A program made the position numbers and the translations under genes. Under the pieces are notes generated by a model. It was not told where the DNA came from. It saw nothing but the letters and a program-made list of their open reading frames with translations, and ran no database searches. Positions 1 to 12,757 of a stretch of DNA of 64,000 nucleotides are shown piece after piece (position 1 is the stretch's first letter; every line of letters starts with the position of its first letter). The DNA is from Cyanophora paradoxa CCMP329 (Eukaryota; Plantae; Glaucophyta): NCBI GenBank assembly GCA_004431415.1, contig QPMI01000590.1, positions 62,001 to 126,000 on the forward strand, read 5' to 3'.

Positions 1-1398
1 GGGGGCAGCGGTTTGAGCGGGCGCGGCACGACCTGGCGACCTTCGCGAAGCAGCGGACGCAGCTCTACGCGGAGCAGAACCGCCTCAACGCCGAGGCGAG
101 CGCGGCCCGCGGCCCCCGCCCCTGCACTCACGGGGGCGGGGCCGGGGGCGGGCGGCGCAGTCGACGACGGCGGCGTCGGTGAACGGGACGCTGCTGGTGA
201 CGCCCGTGCGCTGCGAGGGCACCAAAGCCGGCTTCAACCTCTTCGGCACCGCCGACGTCTACGTCGTCTTCCGCGTGCGCCGCGCCCCGCGGGGCGCTCG
301 CCCGCCGGCGCGCCGGCCGCTGAGCGCGGGGCGGCGGTCGCGCGCGCGCAGGTGAACGACGGGAACCGGCTCACGGTGCCGGGGTACCAGGAGCGCGACG
401 ACACGCTCTGCCCCTGCGTCGGCGAGACGCCCGTCTACCCCATGCCCTCCAACAAGGTCCCCGGCCGGCGGGGCGGAGGGGCGGCCTCGCCCCCGCTGAC
501 TGACCCCGGGCAGGTGGTGATCTTCGACGAGCGGGCGGGGCAGGCGTCGGGCGGCTCGTCGCGCTGGCCCTACCCGGCCCGCGTCTCCAAGCCCTCCGCC
601 TACCTCATCGTCGACGTCTTCCACAAGGCCCGCCGCCCGCCGCACCGCCCCGCCCCGCCCCGCCCCGCCCCGCCCCGCCGGGCCGGGCCGCCCGGACCGG
701 ATCGGATCGGACCTGATCTGGACGCGCGCGCGGGGGGGCAGATCTCGGGGACGCCGCGGAAGCTGGTGCCGCTGGTAAACCGCTGCCTGGGGCGGGTCCA
801 CATCCCCCTCCTCGACATCCTCCACCTGCCCCCCGGCGAGGCGAGCCGGCGAGAGGGCGCGCGGGGGGCCACAGGAGATGGGAAACTAAGGCGGGGGCGG
901 GGGCGGGGGCGCAGCGGACGTTCGGGCTGGAGGGGGACCCGATGGAGGGCTTCTTCGGGTCGGACGCCACCGGCTCCATCACCCTCAAGGCGGGCCCGCC
1001 GCGCCCCGCCCGCCGCGCCCCCCCGGAGGCGGGGCCGATCCGACGGGGCGGGGCGGGGCAGTTCGAGTTCCGGCAGGAGGCGGCGGCTGCGGTGCTGCTG
1101 GACCCCGCGCTGAAGGCCTTCGAGGAGCAGGAGAAGCGCGCCACCCTCGACCTCATGCACCGCGAGGTCGGGGGCCCGCTCCCGCCCCGCGCCCCCGCGC
1201 GACCGGCGCCGCCCGGGCCGATCCGACGGGGCGGGGCGGGGCGCGCAGATCGAGTTCGTGACGGGGCAGATGCAGCAGGCGGAGGCGGACATGAAGCTCT
1301 TCGAGCAGCTGCGCCTCCAGTTCGACTCCGCCGAGAAGAACAACATGCTCGCCCGCTCCGGCACCACCAACATGCCCGTCCTGCCCCTCGCCACCTGA
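1..1398 (+). CDS. C2-domain protein, 3' part (multi-exon; 5' end lies outside the window)
   Basis: Manual splicing over 7 short introns (donors ~96 GC, 275 GT, 457 GT, 628 GC, 841 GC, 990 GC, 1167 GT; all end CAG) gives a continuous frame: GTLLVTPVRCEG..ADVYVVFRV..YLIVDVFHK..CLGRVHIPLLDI..GSITLKFEF, a typical C2 beta-sandwich pattern. A coiled-coil-like tail ends at TGA 1396-1398. Confidence 0.7.
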
Positions 1399-2418
1399 GC
1401 GGGGCGATCACGCTCCCCCCCCCCTCCCGCGGCAGTGGGGCCTGCATGTGGCCATGCATATGGGGGCGGCGGTGGGCGGCCGGTGGCCCGCCGGCACTGC
1501 GGCAGTGTAGGTCGCGGGACTTGCCAAAGTTGTTTCTGAACCGAATTCTCGAAGTCAGATCATCGACGCAGATGAGCGTGCCTCGAGCTCCGGTACCGGG
1601 TCCTCGGCGACTCCTCGCGCTCGAGCTAGCGCTCCGGTCCTCCGGTCAGATCGATTGTTTGATCGATCAGATCCCTGCAATTCCCTGGCTTTCCCAAGTT
1701 TCCCTGTCCGCCGAGTGACGGGCCTGACGGCCGCGGGCGGAGTCGCGGACTCGCGGCCGGACTCCGGCCGCCGGAGTCGCCGGACACATGTGCATTGTGA
1801 ATAGGACACACCTGTGCAACCTGCAGCTGAACGTTAATAGTGGCTCTGTACAGAGCCGAGTCAGCCGACTGGCTTCGGATCCCGGTGGAGAGTTTTGCTG
1901 CTGTACAGACAGTACAGCAGCCTGTCAGCAGGATTCCGGAGCACGCGCGCGTGAGTTGGGAGCCACCGGAGTCTGTCTGACTCTGTCATGCTGCTGCGCT
2001 GCCTGCGCATGCAGTAGCTGCAGCGACACACCGAGCCGAACGGGGCCTCGTGATCGTCGGGTGCTGCTAGCGCTGCTTTTCGTGTCGACGTCCTTCCCGA
2101 AGTTCGCCAGCCGCAGCCGCTTAACATCACTCTTCGATCTTTAGCTGCTTTTCTTGTTTCGCGGCAACTGGGCAACTGCTGGAGCTGCAGCCCGCAGCCG
2201 GGCCGGACGAGACGACCATGCACGCGTGGCGCACGGAGCAAGCTCCCATCCACGAGATCTTAAGCTTTGCAGCCGGTGCGCGTACACTCAACCGCCCTCC
2301 GCCCGCCCGCCCGCGCCCTAGGCCTTTGATCAAGCCACATGCGCACTTGCAGAGGGTTCCGAACAGCGCGTCTTCAAGGCGCAGCGGGGTGACTTGTCTG
2401 CACTCACGAGGGCTTGGT

Positions 2419-5334
2419 ATGAAGCCCCAGAGCCGCCGCCCGCCGGTGCGCGTGCCCACGCCCGGTCCGCGCCATGCCGCCCACGGTCCCCGGCCCAACG
2501 CCCGCCCGGGCGCGGCACCGGTCGCAGATTTCGAGGTGGCATCGGTGCCGTGGAGCGATGACGCAGAGCTGCCTGCGGAGCGGCGCGAGTCGCGCGCGTT
2601 GGAGGCGAACATGATGTCGGTCCTGGACCGCGTGGGCGCCGTCATGGAGCGCCTGCAGCTGGAGAACGACCCGCTGGAGTGCGAGGAGGAGCTCGACCGG
2701 CTCGAGCCGCCGTCGCCCGACGCCGTCGTCCCGGCCCCGCCGCCCGGCGAGGGCCCGGGGCCCTTCACGCGGCAGCGCGTGCCGGCGCCCTACCTGCTCG
2801 AGAGCCGCGCGGAGGGCGACGCGCTGATGGCGGCGGCGGAGGCGGCAGCGGAGGCGCTGGGGGCGAACCTGCGCTACCCCGGGAGCCCGCAGAGCCCCGA
2901 GAGCCCCTTCAGCAGCGTCGGGAGCGAGGCGAGCGAGGGCGCCGGCGCGGGGCGCGCCGCCCTCGCCGCCCGCCTCGCCGCCGCCCTCTGCGACGCCCGC
3001 CTGCTCGGCACGCGCCTCGTCGCGAGCATCCCGGGGCGGCAGCGCTTCCGCTCGATGCTGGCTGCCCTGCGGACGGCGGGGCGGCCGGGGCTGGCGGCCG
3101 GCGTCGTGGGGGCGCTGGTGGCGGCGCTGCAGCAGCCGCCGGTGCGGCAGTGGGGCGAGCGCGACGCGGAGGCGATGGTGGACCACGCCACCGCCCTCCT
3201 CCTGGCCCGCCCCAGCCGGCCCCCGCGCCGAGCCCGGCCTCTCACGCGGCCCGCGCAGGCCCTCACGGCCGAGGCGCCGCGCACGGCGCCGGACCTCTTC
3301 GCGCTCTCGTGGGAGCAAGCGCAGCGGCTCGCGGGGCGCGTGCAGCTGCTCGGCGGCGAGTTCCCCGCCGTCCGCCCCAAGGCCCTCGTCTTCTGCGCCA
3401 TGGCCCTCGACCGCGTCCGCCCGCCCCGGCCCCGCCCCGCCCCGCGCTCCGGCCGGGGCCGACGCGGGCGGGGCGGCAGTACGATAAGACGACAGAGGCG
3501 ATCGGGCTGTACTTCGAGGTGCGCGGGGCCCGGCCGCCGCCTGTCCCGCCGGCGCGTCGCCGAGGCGCGCGGGGCGGGGCGGGGCGGGGCAGGCGTGGGC
3601 GGAGCTGGTGAAGCGGCAGATGACGCCGGGCCCCCTCGAGGCGGCCCTGATCCCCGCCCTCGCCGACCTCCACTGTGCGCCCCGCCGGGCCGCCCCGCCC
3701 CGCCCGCCGCCCCGCCGATCCGCCGCTCAGCTGAGCTGAGTTCTCTTCGTGCTCCCGCGCGCAGTCGCGCAGGGGCAGGGCCGGATGGGCCTCCACATCG
3801 CCGACAAGGCGTACCACCTGCAGGGGAGCGGGCCCCCCGCCCTCTACTCCCAGTACCTCGTCCTCCACGTCAAGAGTCCGCGTCCCGCCCCGCGCCCGCC
3901 CCCCGCGCGGCCGCCCCGCGCGGGCGGCGGGGGCCTGACGGCGGTGGCGGGGGGGCAGTGATCGCGTGCCGGTGGCGGAACGACAGCGAGGGGGCGCTCG
4001 CGGCCTCGGAGAAGGCCCTCGAGGTCCTCGAGCGGCTCGGCGGCGCCAACGGCTACGCGTGCGCCGCCCCGCCCCGCCCCGCCCGCCCCGCCCCGCCCGC
4101 TCGGAGCCGATGCGGCGTGCCCCTCGGCAGGCTGCCGCTCTGCCGGATGCTGCACTGCCACGCGGTGAACTGCATGGTGGCGGGGCGCTTCCGGGGGCGC
4201 CCGGCGCTCAAGGCGCTCACGCGGACGGTCCACATCCTGCACACCCTCCAGGACCCCTCCTCCTGCGAGCTCGGTGCGGGGCCCGGCCCCTCCGAGCAGC
4301 CCCGCCGCGTGACCGCCCCGCCCCGCCCCGCCCCGCCGGGCGGCCGGCCCCCGCAGACTTCATCCCGGACCACTACTCGGAGGCGGCGCGGCGGCGGGTG
4401 CGGCCGCGGGACCGCGCCCGCAACTTCGCCATACTCGCCCGCGTCGTTGCTGTGCGCTGCCCCCGCCCCCGGCCCCGCCCCGCGCCCCGCCGCCCCGCCC
4501 CGCCGCCCCGCCCCGCCTCGCAAGAGCGAGCAGCCAAGGAGGGGGAGAGGCTGTAGAGGGGGAGGGGTCTGGAGTTCGCGCGCTGCCCGCAAACAACACC
4601 GAATCTAGAGGCCTCGCCCCGCATCCACGTCGTGGCGCGGGGCCGGGGCCTGACGGGGGGCCCCGGGGGACGCGCAGCACGCGGACAAGAAGATGCTGAC
4701 GCCCATCCTCGCCCACGTCCACTTCCGCCGCGGCGAAGTCCACCACGAGATGGGCCCGCCCCCGCCCCCGCCCCCGTCCCCGGCCCCGCTCCGGGCCCCG
4801 GCCGCGCCCTTGACCTGGGAGCAGGGGAGGCGAAGAAGGCGCGGGAGCACTACGGGGCGGCGCTGCAGATCTACCGCAAGGTGCGCGGCGCGGGGGAGGG
4901 CGGGGGGCAGGGCAGGGCGGCGAGGGGGCGGGCGGGGGGAGGCGGCCCCGCCCGGGTCCCCGCCCCGCTCCGCGCTCCCGCTGAGGGGCGGCGGGGGCGG
5001 CCGGCATGCGCAGGTCTTCCCGGAGCACTTTGGGGAGGAGAGCGCGCGCCTGGTCGCCATCCAGCGCGCCCTCGCCGAGCTCTCCAGGCCCGAGGCGGGG
5101 CCGGGGCCCGCAGGGCGCCCCGGGGAGCGGCCCCCCCGCCCCCGCACCGCCGAGAGGGAGAAGGAGGAGGGGACCGGCGACTCGGCCCGCGGCTCCGAGG
5201 CCGGCTCCGAGGCGGGGGCGGGGGCGGGGGCGGGGGCGGGGCCCGTGGCGCGCACCACCGGCATCCTCCAGCGGCTCCTCGGCCGCGGGGCCGCCTCCTC
5301 CCGCGTCCTCCCCGGCCCCCCCGTCTGGGCCTGA
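2419..5334 (+). CDS. Uncharacterised helical-repeat (TPR-like) protein, family member 1 (multi-exon)
   Basis: ATG at 2419 (MKPQSRR). Spliced exons give ..KALVFCAMALDR/YDKTTEAIGLYFE/AWAELVKRQMTPGPLEAALIP..LAHVHFRRGEVHHEM/GEAKKAREHYGAALQIYRK/VFPEHFGE..; TGA at 5332-5334. A clear paralogue lies at 25190-28748. Confidence 0.7.
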
Positions 5335-7828
5335 CCCCGCCCCCACTCCTCCTCTCCGCCCCCGCCGCGAGCCCGCGCGCTGTATCCGTACACCGAATCT
5401 TTTGCATGCCGTTCGGGCTTCAATTTCTTCAATTCGGCGAAGCCCGTTTCAATGTGCCCTGTAGAGTCCATGTATGTTCCTACGACCGTCGCCGGACCCC
5501 TTTTCGCTCCCTTTCTCATTGCGGTACTGAGTTAGGCTAGCTTTCGCTCCCAAGCACCGAACCATTTCCAGAATGGCTCGCGAACCTTGTATTTATTTGC
5601 CCACCGTGCCATCGTGCCACGGTGATCGGCTTAAATTGGGTCGATTTGCCAGTGTTTTCCTTTTCGCTCTCTTGTCGAGTACAACATCCTCCAACGACAA
5701 CTGCGTAGAGCTGCAGTGCGTTCCCTTCGAATTTTCCTCCGTCACTCGGAATTGCGGACCAAATTTGCGGTCCTTGCAATTGCCAGGTACCGGGTTGCCG
5801 GAAGTGCCGTATAGATGCATTTGATGAATCGTCCGCAAGCGCATATTACATGATCGATCATTTCCAGCAGTAGACTGTGTGTAGTTACCGTATTTCGGTA
5901 TTATACGTGTAATTCAACAGTTTAACGGTTCCTTCGCGTTCCTTCGATCGATGATGAACGCTCGAGCCTCGAGCGCTCCCGATTTTTTGAAGGTTTTATT
6001 CAAGTGATCGCTGATGATTGATCACGAGGGAATTCGAAAAGGGTGCGAAGCGTGTTTTTTTTAGGTTCATCGGTACCTAACCTAAGCTCTTTAGAGGCTT
6101 CTTGGGGTCAAAGCGGCTTCGAATTCCGCTGCAGGCTGCAGCTTCCGGTACTAGCGGCGACCAGTGCTGAGTAAAATTTACTCCCCAAAAATTGGCCTGA
6201 AAACTTTCTGCAAGCTTTGGAAAATTATGTGCAAATATTTGCGCCATTGAAAACATTCCGAGCACCGCAAAAGCACTGTTTCTCGTAGCAAATAAGAGTC
6301 TAAACGAGAGATATAGGCTTTACAATGATACCTGTGCGTTTAGACTCAAAGTTAGCAAGCGTTATGTCTTGTTTTGGCCTTCGAATTCTTTTCAGGGTCG
6401 CCGAGAGGGGGGTACCCATCTTAAGGAAGCGACCTTCGCCCTCCTGACGCCCATATGCATGTAACTCTCTCACCTCTAAAACTATGTCAGAACCGAAGGG
6501 GATGCCGCGAGCAGCCGATAGACCTTGCTCGTAATTGCCGGTGTGGTGGGGTGGGGAGGGGGGGTCAAGTGCAAATTTACTGAAAGTTTTCTATGGTTGC
6601 CGGCGGGGATGAAAATTAACTGAAAGTTTGCAAGAAAATTTTCAACTGAAAGTTTGCCCAGCGCAAAGATAGGCAGCACTGGCGGCGACACTGCGGCTGA
6701 GTCTGCGGGTGGGCCTTGGCCATCATGGCATGGTGAGTTATTGGTGACCCGACCGGCGACGTCGACGTCGACTCTCTCGGCGAATTCGAATTCGAAGCCG
6801 GCCGATGCGTTCGGCCTAGGGCTGCGCACAGTCCACCTCAACCCCCACCCGGTCGGTGGGCCCGCTGACTGTTACCCGCCGGTGGCGGTCGGTGGAGGGG
6901 GGGTACTTGCTGCAGTGCGTGAAAATTGACAGGAAATTCGCTTAATTCTGCACAGCTTCAAGGCGCTACGCGCCTGCTCTTTGTTCCCAACTGTACATGT
7001 CTAAAGCAAGTGCTTTGGGGCGAGTTCAAGCCAGTTGTGGGGAGGCTGGGGGGTTGATGCCCAGGAGGGGGGTACGGGATATTGCGATCGATGGCGTCAG
7101 CTCCCTTGGGCTCCGTCGGATTGAAGAGCGCAGGAGCGCAGGAGAGCAGGAAGATGAACTAAGCAGGACTTTCCTGGCCTGGGTGCACGGAATATGTATC
7201 TTTCGCGCGCGAGAATATGAAATTTTCGCGAGCCTACCCCCCCAGAATTTTTATTTGTATGGTACCGGGCGTTGTATGGCGGTGGGCCGGACTTTCCACC
7301 CGGTCGGTCGGTGGGAGGCCGCCACTGCCACCGGCCGCCACCGGCCCAGCCCTAGTTCGGCCGACTCGATCAGCCTGCTGGCAGCTGAGGGCGAGCCTCG
7401 GAGCAGCGCGGGATGCTGCGCATGATCATCGGATGCGCGGCGCGCTGCCGCAGTGCGCGCAACGTCAACGCGGCTATCGCGATCGATATCGCGCGCCAGC
7501 ATTAGCCTGAGAGCCGCATCCCGGAGTTCCGTCGATCGTTTATGATCATCGCGCCGCCTCGCGCAGTCGCGCCTACAGCTAGGCCTAGCCGCTGAGCTCC
7601 CGAGCCCTCCCGAGACACGAGCAGGCTCGGAGCAGCCCGCGGCAGCCGCGCGCGACTTCGGCAAGCATCAATATTTACCGCTGACGCTGACGCACAGCGA
7701 CGCAAGCGCAACGTTGTCGAGGCGCCGGCGTCCGCAACCGCGCATGCTTTTTGCAGCTGAGCAGCTGCGGGTGACGTGCAAGGCGCCGCACGGCGCGCAT
7801 TCGCGCCACAACTCGTAGTTGGCACGCC

Positions 7829-10800
7829 ATGTTCGAACCCGACGAACAGCTAGCGCTGCAGCTCTCCGGCGATCCGTGGCGCGCGCCGAGCCCGCCATGG
7901 CCAGAACCGCGCATGGACGTCGACGGCTCCTCGCACGGCGAGGCCCTCCACCCTTTCGGGGCCGATCCAGGACTCGATGTGGGCGCGGAGACGGCGAACT
8001 GCAATCTGGAGGAGGCCTTCGAGCCGGCGCCGGCGGGCGCCGATCGCGACGCGCACGAGGGGATGGAACTCCCGACGTCGATGCAACTCGCCCTGGCCGA
8101 CGAAATCGACGCCAGCCAGTCGACGTCGCCCTCGCAGCCGCAGCCGCAGCCGGCGCCGGAGCAGCCGCCGGCCGAAGCGCCGCGGCCCGCGAGCTCGAGC
8201 TCCCATGCAGCCGCAGCCGCAGCTGGCCCCGGCGCCGGCCAGCCCTTCACCCTCCTCCTCTGCAAGAAAGCGCGGGTGCGCTGTCGATCACGAACGGATC
8301 TAGAAAGGGCGCCGGCGTGCGCGCGCGCGCGAGGGCGAGCGGGGCGGGGCGGCAGGACGCGTGGGGCGGGCCGCCGGAGCCGGTGGGCGCCTCGCAAAAG
8401 ACGGGCAAGTACGCAGAGGAGGTCGACCTCGTCCTCTACGCCTTCCGGTCCGCCCCCGCCCGGGCCCCCTCCCCGCCGGCGCCCTCCCTTTCTGAGGTTT
8501 TAAAAATAAAACTGCATTTCCCGCTCTCCGGCTGGGGAGCCGACGTGCGCTGGGGCGGGGCCAGGGAGTACCGCCTGCAGGCCCCGCCCGGCGGCCGCTC
8601 GTGGGCCGACGAGAGCGTTTGCGTGCGGCTGGCGTACGCCGGTGCCCCCCCCCCCCCCCCCCCCCCTCTTCCCCCTCCCCAGCCCCACCCCCCTTCCCAG
8701 CCCCACCCCAACCCCCTCGCCGGCTCACTGGCATGGGGGCCAGAGTCGGCGGCGGAGGTGCCGACGCCGCTGATGCGCTTCAAGAACGGGTACAAGGTCG
8801 GGCCGGCGGGTGACTCCGTGGTCCTGGCGTTCCGCGAGGACGGCCGTACCCCCGAGGGCTTCGGCTTCAGTCCGCCCCCCGCGCCACCACCCCCCCCCCC
8901 CTCCCCTCCCATGGCCCCCGCCGCTTGCCGGCGCTCCCCGCCGCCGGCGCTCACGCGCGCGCCGCAGGGCTCGAGATCGCAAGCTACCAGCTGCCGCGGC
9001 GCCGGCCAACCGTCTTCCGGTGCGCCTGCCGGCCGCCCGCGGCCGGATCCGCGGCGGCTGCGGGCCTCGGGGGATAGGCCAGAAGGCGAGGGGCGGGGTG
9101 CGCGCAGGCTGACTGTGGAGGCGGCTCTGGACGCGACGCCCCTCGCGGTCTACCTCGTCCACGTCATCAAGCGGTCCGCCCCCTCGCGCCGCCACCCCGG
9201 CCCCGGCCCGCCCCCGCCGCCGGCCGCCGCCCGAGCGCCAGCGTTGCTCGCAGGCCGCCGCAGCGGAAGGCGGCGCTGGAGGCGGTGTCAACGTCGATGC
9301 TTCCGGAGGGGTCGCCCCCGCCGCTGCTGCCGTCGCCGCGGGGCAAGGCGGCGAAGCGGGCGGCGGAGAGGCCGGCGGAGATGGGGGCGATGCGGGGCGG
9401 GGGCAGCGCGTCGGACTCGGAGGAGGGGACGACGCCGGAGACGCCCCCCGCGCTGGGCGAGCAGGGGCTCGAGACGGGCGATGCCGGCGGCGCGCCGTCC
9501 GCGCCAAGCGGGAGCCCGGGGCGCCCTCGCCCGTACGCGTCGCGCGGAAGGCGGGGACGGGGCTCGAGGCCGCCCGCGACGGCCACTCTCTGCCGCGCCC
9601 GCCGCCGCCGCACCCGCCGGGGCCGGGGGAGGCGGAGGGCGGCTTCGAGGAGGACCCCGAGATCGACGAGCTCGCCACCATGTTTCAGGGCCTGACCGGC
9701 TTCGAGCGGGAGGGGGCCGCGGGGGCGGCGAGGACGGGGGCGGCGGCGCCCGAGCGCGACGAGCTCGGACCCGACGGCGACGACGTGGAGCTCCTGAGCC
9801 GCATCCCCGAGCCGCCCCGGTCCGCCCCGCCCCCGCCCCCGCCCCCGCCCCTGTCCCGCAGGCCCCCTGAGCCGCACGCAGAATCGCCGCCGCCGGCCAG
9901 CCATCCAACTGGCAACCCCGCATCCGCTCGTTCGCGGGGAGCAGCCTGGCGCCGCCGTACCGGCACGGGAGCGACGCGGCGCGGGAGGAGGCGACCGTCT
10001 TCTTCCGCGCGGCGCTCGCGGCCGTGCGCTCCTGCGCGCAGGCGGCCGGCGTGAAGCACCCCGTGGCCGCGGGGGACCCGCCCTCCCCGCACGTCCTCCG
10101 CGCCTGCGAGGACCTGGCCACCGTGCGCCCGCGCAGGCGCCGCGCCCCCGTCTGCCCCGCCGGCCGGCGCGGCTGAGGCGGGGGCAGGCGCTGAGCTCGC
10201 CGGAGCTCTTCGACACGCCCCTCTTCTCCACGCTGGACGGTGCGCGCGCGTCGCGAGGCGCCTTCCGAGCTCTGCCTGCCGGGCCCGAGCGGCGAGGGCG
10301 GCGCACAGGCCGCTTCCGGGCGCGGGCGGCGCTGGAGGACCTGCGCCTCACCGGCTCCACCGCGCTGGCGCGCCGCCCGCCCCGCCGGCGCCCCGCCCGG
10401 CCCGCCGCCCCGCCCAACCGGCCGCCGCCTGCGCGTGCGTGTGCAGGTCCACGTGGTGACGGCGGCGTGGCTCAAGGCGATCCTCGCCGCCAGCGCCGAG
10501 GCCTGCGCGGCCAAGTGCGCATGCGCATGCGCCGACCCCGCCGACAGCCGCGACGGGCTTGACGCAGGCGGCGCTCTGCAGGGAGGACGCCGAGCTCGTC
10601 GCTTGGCACGTGTGGAACATCTTCGAAGTCTGCAACGGGGCCGTGCGCCCCCGCCCACCGGCCGCCACGCCGCCAGCGCGCCGCGCGCCGCCGACGAGAC
10701 GCGCGCAGTGGCGGTGGCTGCGGGCGCCCGACCTCGGCCCCGTCGACCCCGCGTACATGGCGGCTCTCTTCGACCGCGCCAACCTCCTGCTCAAGGCGCG

Positions 10801-12757
10801 CCCCCGCCCCGCCCTAGGCCTCCCTGCCCACGTCGGCGCGCCGCGCGCCGGCGACGGGGATCCGGATCCGGACGGGCGCCGACCGAAGGGGACGCGCAGC
10901 CGCACGTGGCGCGGGACGCGCTGCTGAGCGCCCGCGCGACCATCTGGCGCGCCCGCCTCATCCACGCCGTCCGCCCCCGCCCCGCCCCGCCCTGCCCCGT
11001 CCTGCCATGGCCAGGCCCCGCCCGAGCCGGCGCCGCTCCCGCGCAGTACGAGAACTGGCAGCTGCCCAGCGGGGCGGGCGCGGAGGCTGCCGCGGAGCTC
11101 TGTGCGCTGAACTCGCTTCCCGCGGCCCCGGCCGCGGACCTGGCGGCCTCGCTGACGTGGCTCCGCGGGGCGGGGCAGACTTCGAGGCGTGGAGCGTGCT
11201 GATCCGGGCGGGGCTGACGCCGTCGCGCGAGGAGGCGACGATCCTCTCGGACCTCACCTGGGTGCTGACCTTCGTGCCGGCCAAGTGGGACCTGTGCGGG
11301 CACTTCGCCTCCAAGATGTACTGGTTCTGCGGGGACGCCGTGGAGGACCGCTGGTCCGAGGCCGTCGCCATCACCAACATGGGTCCGCCCCATTTTCGCG
11401 CCGCGAAAGTTCTAAATCGATTTTCGCCGCGAAAATCTTCGAGCCTCACGCCGGGGCGAGCAGGGCTGGAGGCGAGCCTGCGGGGGCGGGCGCGGCTGGC
11501 GATCCGGCACTTCGCGCGCGGGGCGGAGCTGATCGAGGCGCTCTCTGAGGGGGCCCGCCCCGCCCTCAACTGCTGCCACGAGATGACTGCCCACTCCTGC
11601 TTCCACATCGGTCCGCCCCGCCACCGCGTCGCCCGCGGCCGCGCCTCACGGGCGGCTCCAGGCGACTTTCGGGGGGCGCTCAAGGTGCGGGCGGCTCGGC
11701 AGAGTCGGCGCCCCGCGCCGCCGGCCCCCGCCGCAGCTGACGCCCTCCGCGCGCGCCAGGCGGGGCGGCTCGCGGCGTACGCGCTCCACACCACGCACGG
11801 CTACTCGTACCAGGACACCGACATCTGGGCCGAGGCCCAGCGCACCATCGTGCGCCGCCGACCCCCGGCCCCGCTCCGGCCCTGCGCATGTGCCAGCGCC
11901 GATCGATCGCCCGCGCGCGGCCGGGCGCCCGCAGTGGGGGATCCACAACGCGCGGCAGAAACCCGGCGTCCTGTCGAGGGTCTTCACGCTGTGCGCGGCG
12001 CCCTCCCCGCCCCGCGCCAGCGCCAGGGCCGCGCGGGGCCTGAGCGGCGGGGGCGGCAGGAACGACTTCGCGATCGGGATCAAGTGGTCGCTGCGCGTGC
12101 TCAACCGCGTCGACATCTGCCCGAAGCCGCGCCTCACGTTCCTCGTCGCCCACTCCTACTACCGCGTCCGTCCCGCCCCGCACCCCGCACCCCGCCCGAC
12201 CCGCCCCTCGCCCGACCGGCGCCCGCGCCCCTCCGTGCAGCTCGGGTGCGTGTACCACCTGCTCGAGAAGCCGGCCAAGGCCGCCCCCTACCTCGAGAAG
12301 GCCGCCGCCCACTACGCCGCCTACCCCGTCCGCCCCCGGCCCCCCGCCCCCCGTCCCCCCCGCCACCACCGCCAGAAGCGGCTGAGAGCGGGGGCCGGCA
12401 GGCGTACTTCCCGCCCGAGGGCGGCCGCATGCGCCGCCTCGCAGAGCTGCTCGCCACCTGCCGCGGGGCCCTCCCGTGCTCCCCGCAGCGGCCCCTCGCG
12501 GCGCCGGGGCTGGTGGCAGGGCTGGCGGCGGGGAAGGTGGTGCCGGCGCCGGTGGCGGTGGCGGTGGCGGTGGCGGGGCGGGCTGGGGCGAGCGCCACGG
12601 CTCCCTCTCCTCCTCCACCGAGTCCTCGGAGGCCGAGCAGCTCCAGCGCCCCGCCCCGCGCCCCGGCCCCGGCCCCGGCCCCGCCGACCCCGCCTCCGCA
12701 CGCCCCGCCCGCCGCCCGCCCCCGTCCTGGTCCGTTCCCGCCGCCCACGCCCTCTAA
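7829..12757 (+). CDS. Uncharacterised protein with C-terminal TPR-like region, divergent family member 2 (multi-exon; 3' end uncertain)
   Basis: ATG at 7829 (MFEPDEQ), then many short GT/GC-AG introns. C-terminal exons AWSVLIRAGLTPSREEATILSDL and LTFLVAHSYYR/LGCVYHLLEKPAKAAPYLEKAAAHY..YFPPEGGRMRRLAELL align by eye with members 1 and 3. Confidence 0.6.

Noticed and set aside
5537-7250. AT-richer intergenic block with three actgaaagttt repeats (~6578-6655) as a possible transposon end
   Set aside because: No terminal inverted repeat, TSD or second copy is visible in the window.
10445-10515. BRCT domain suggested by VHVVTAAWL
   Set aside because: It is a single short motif; the other BRCT elements could not be identified.
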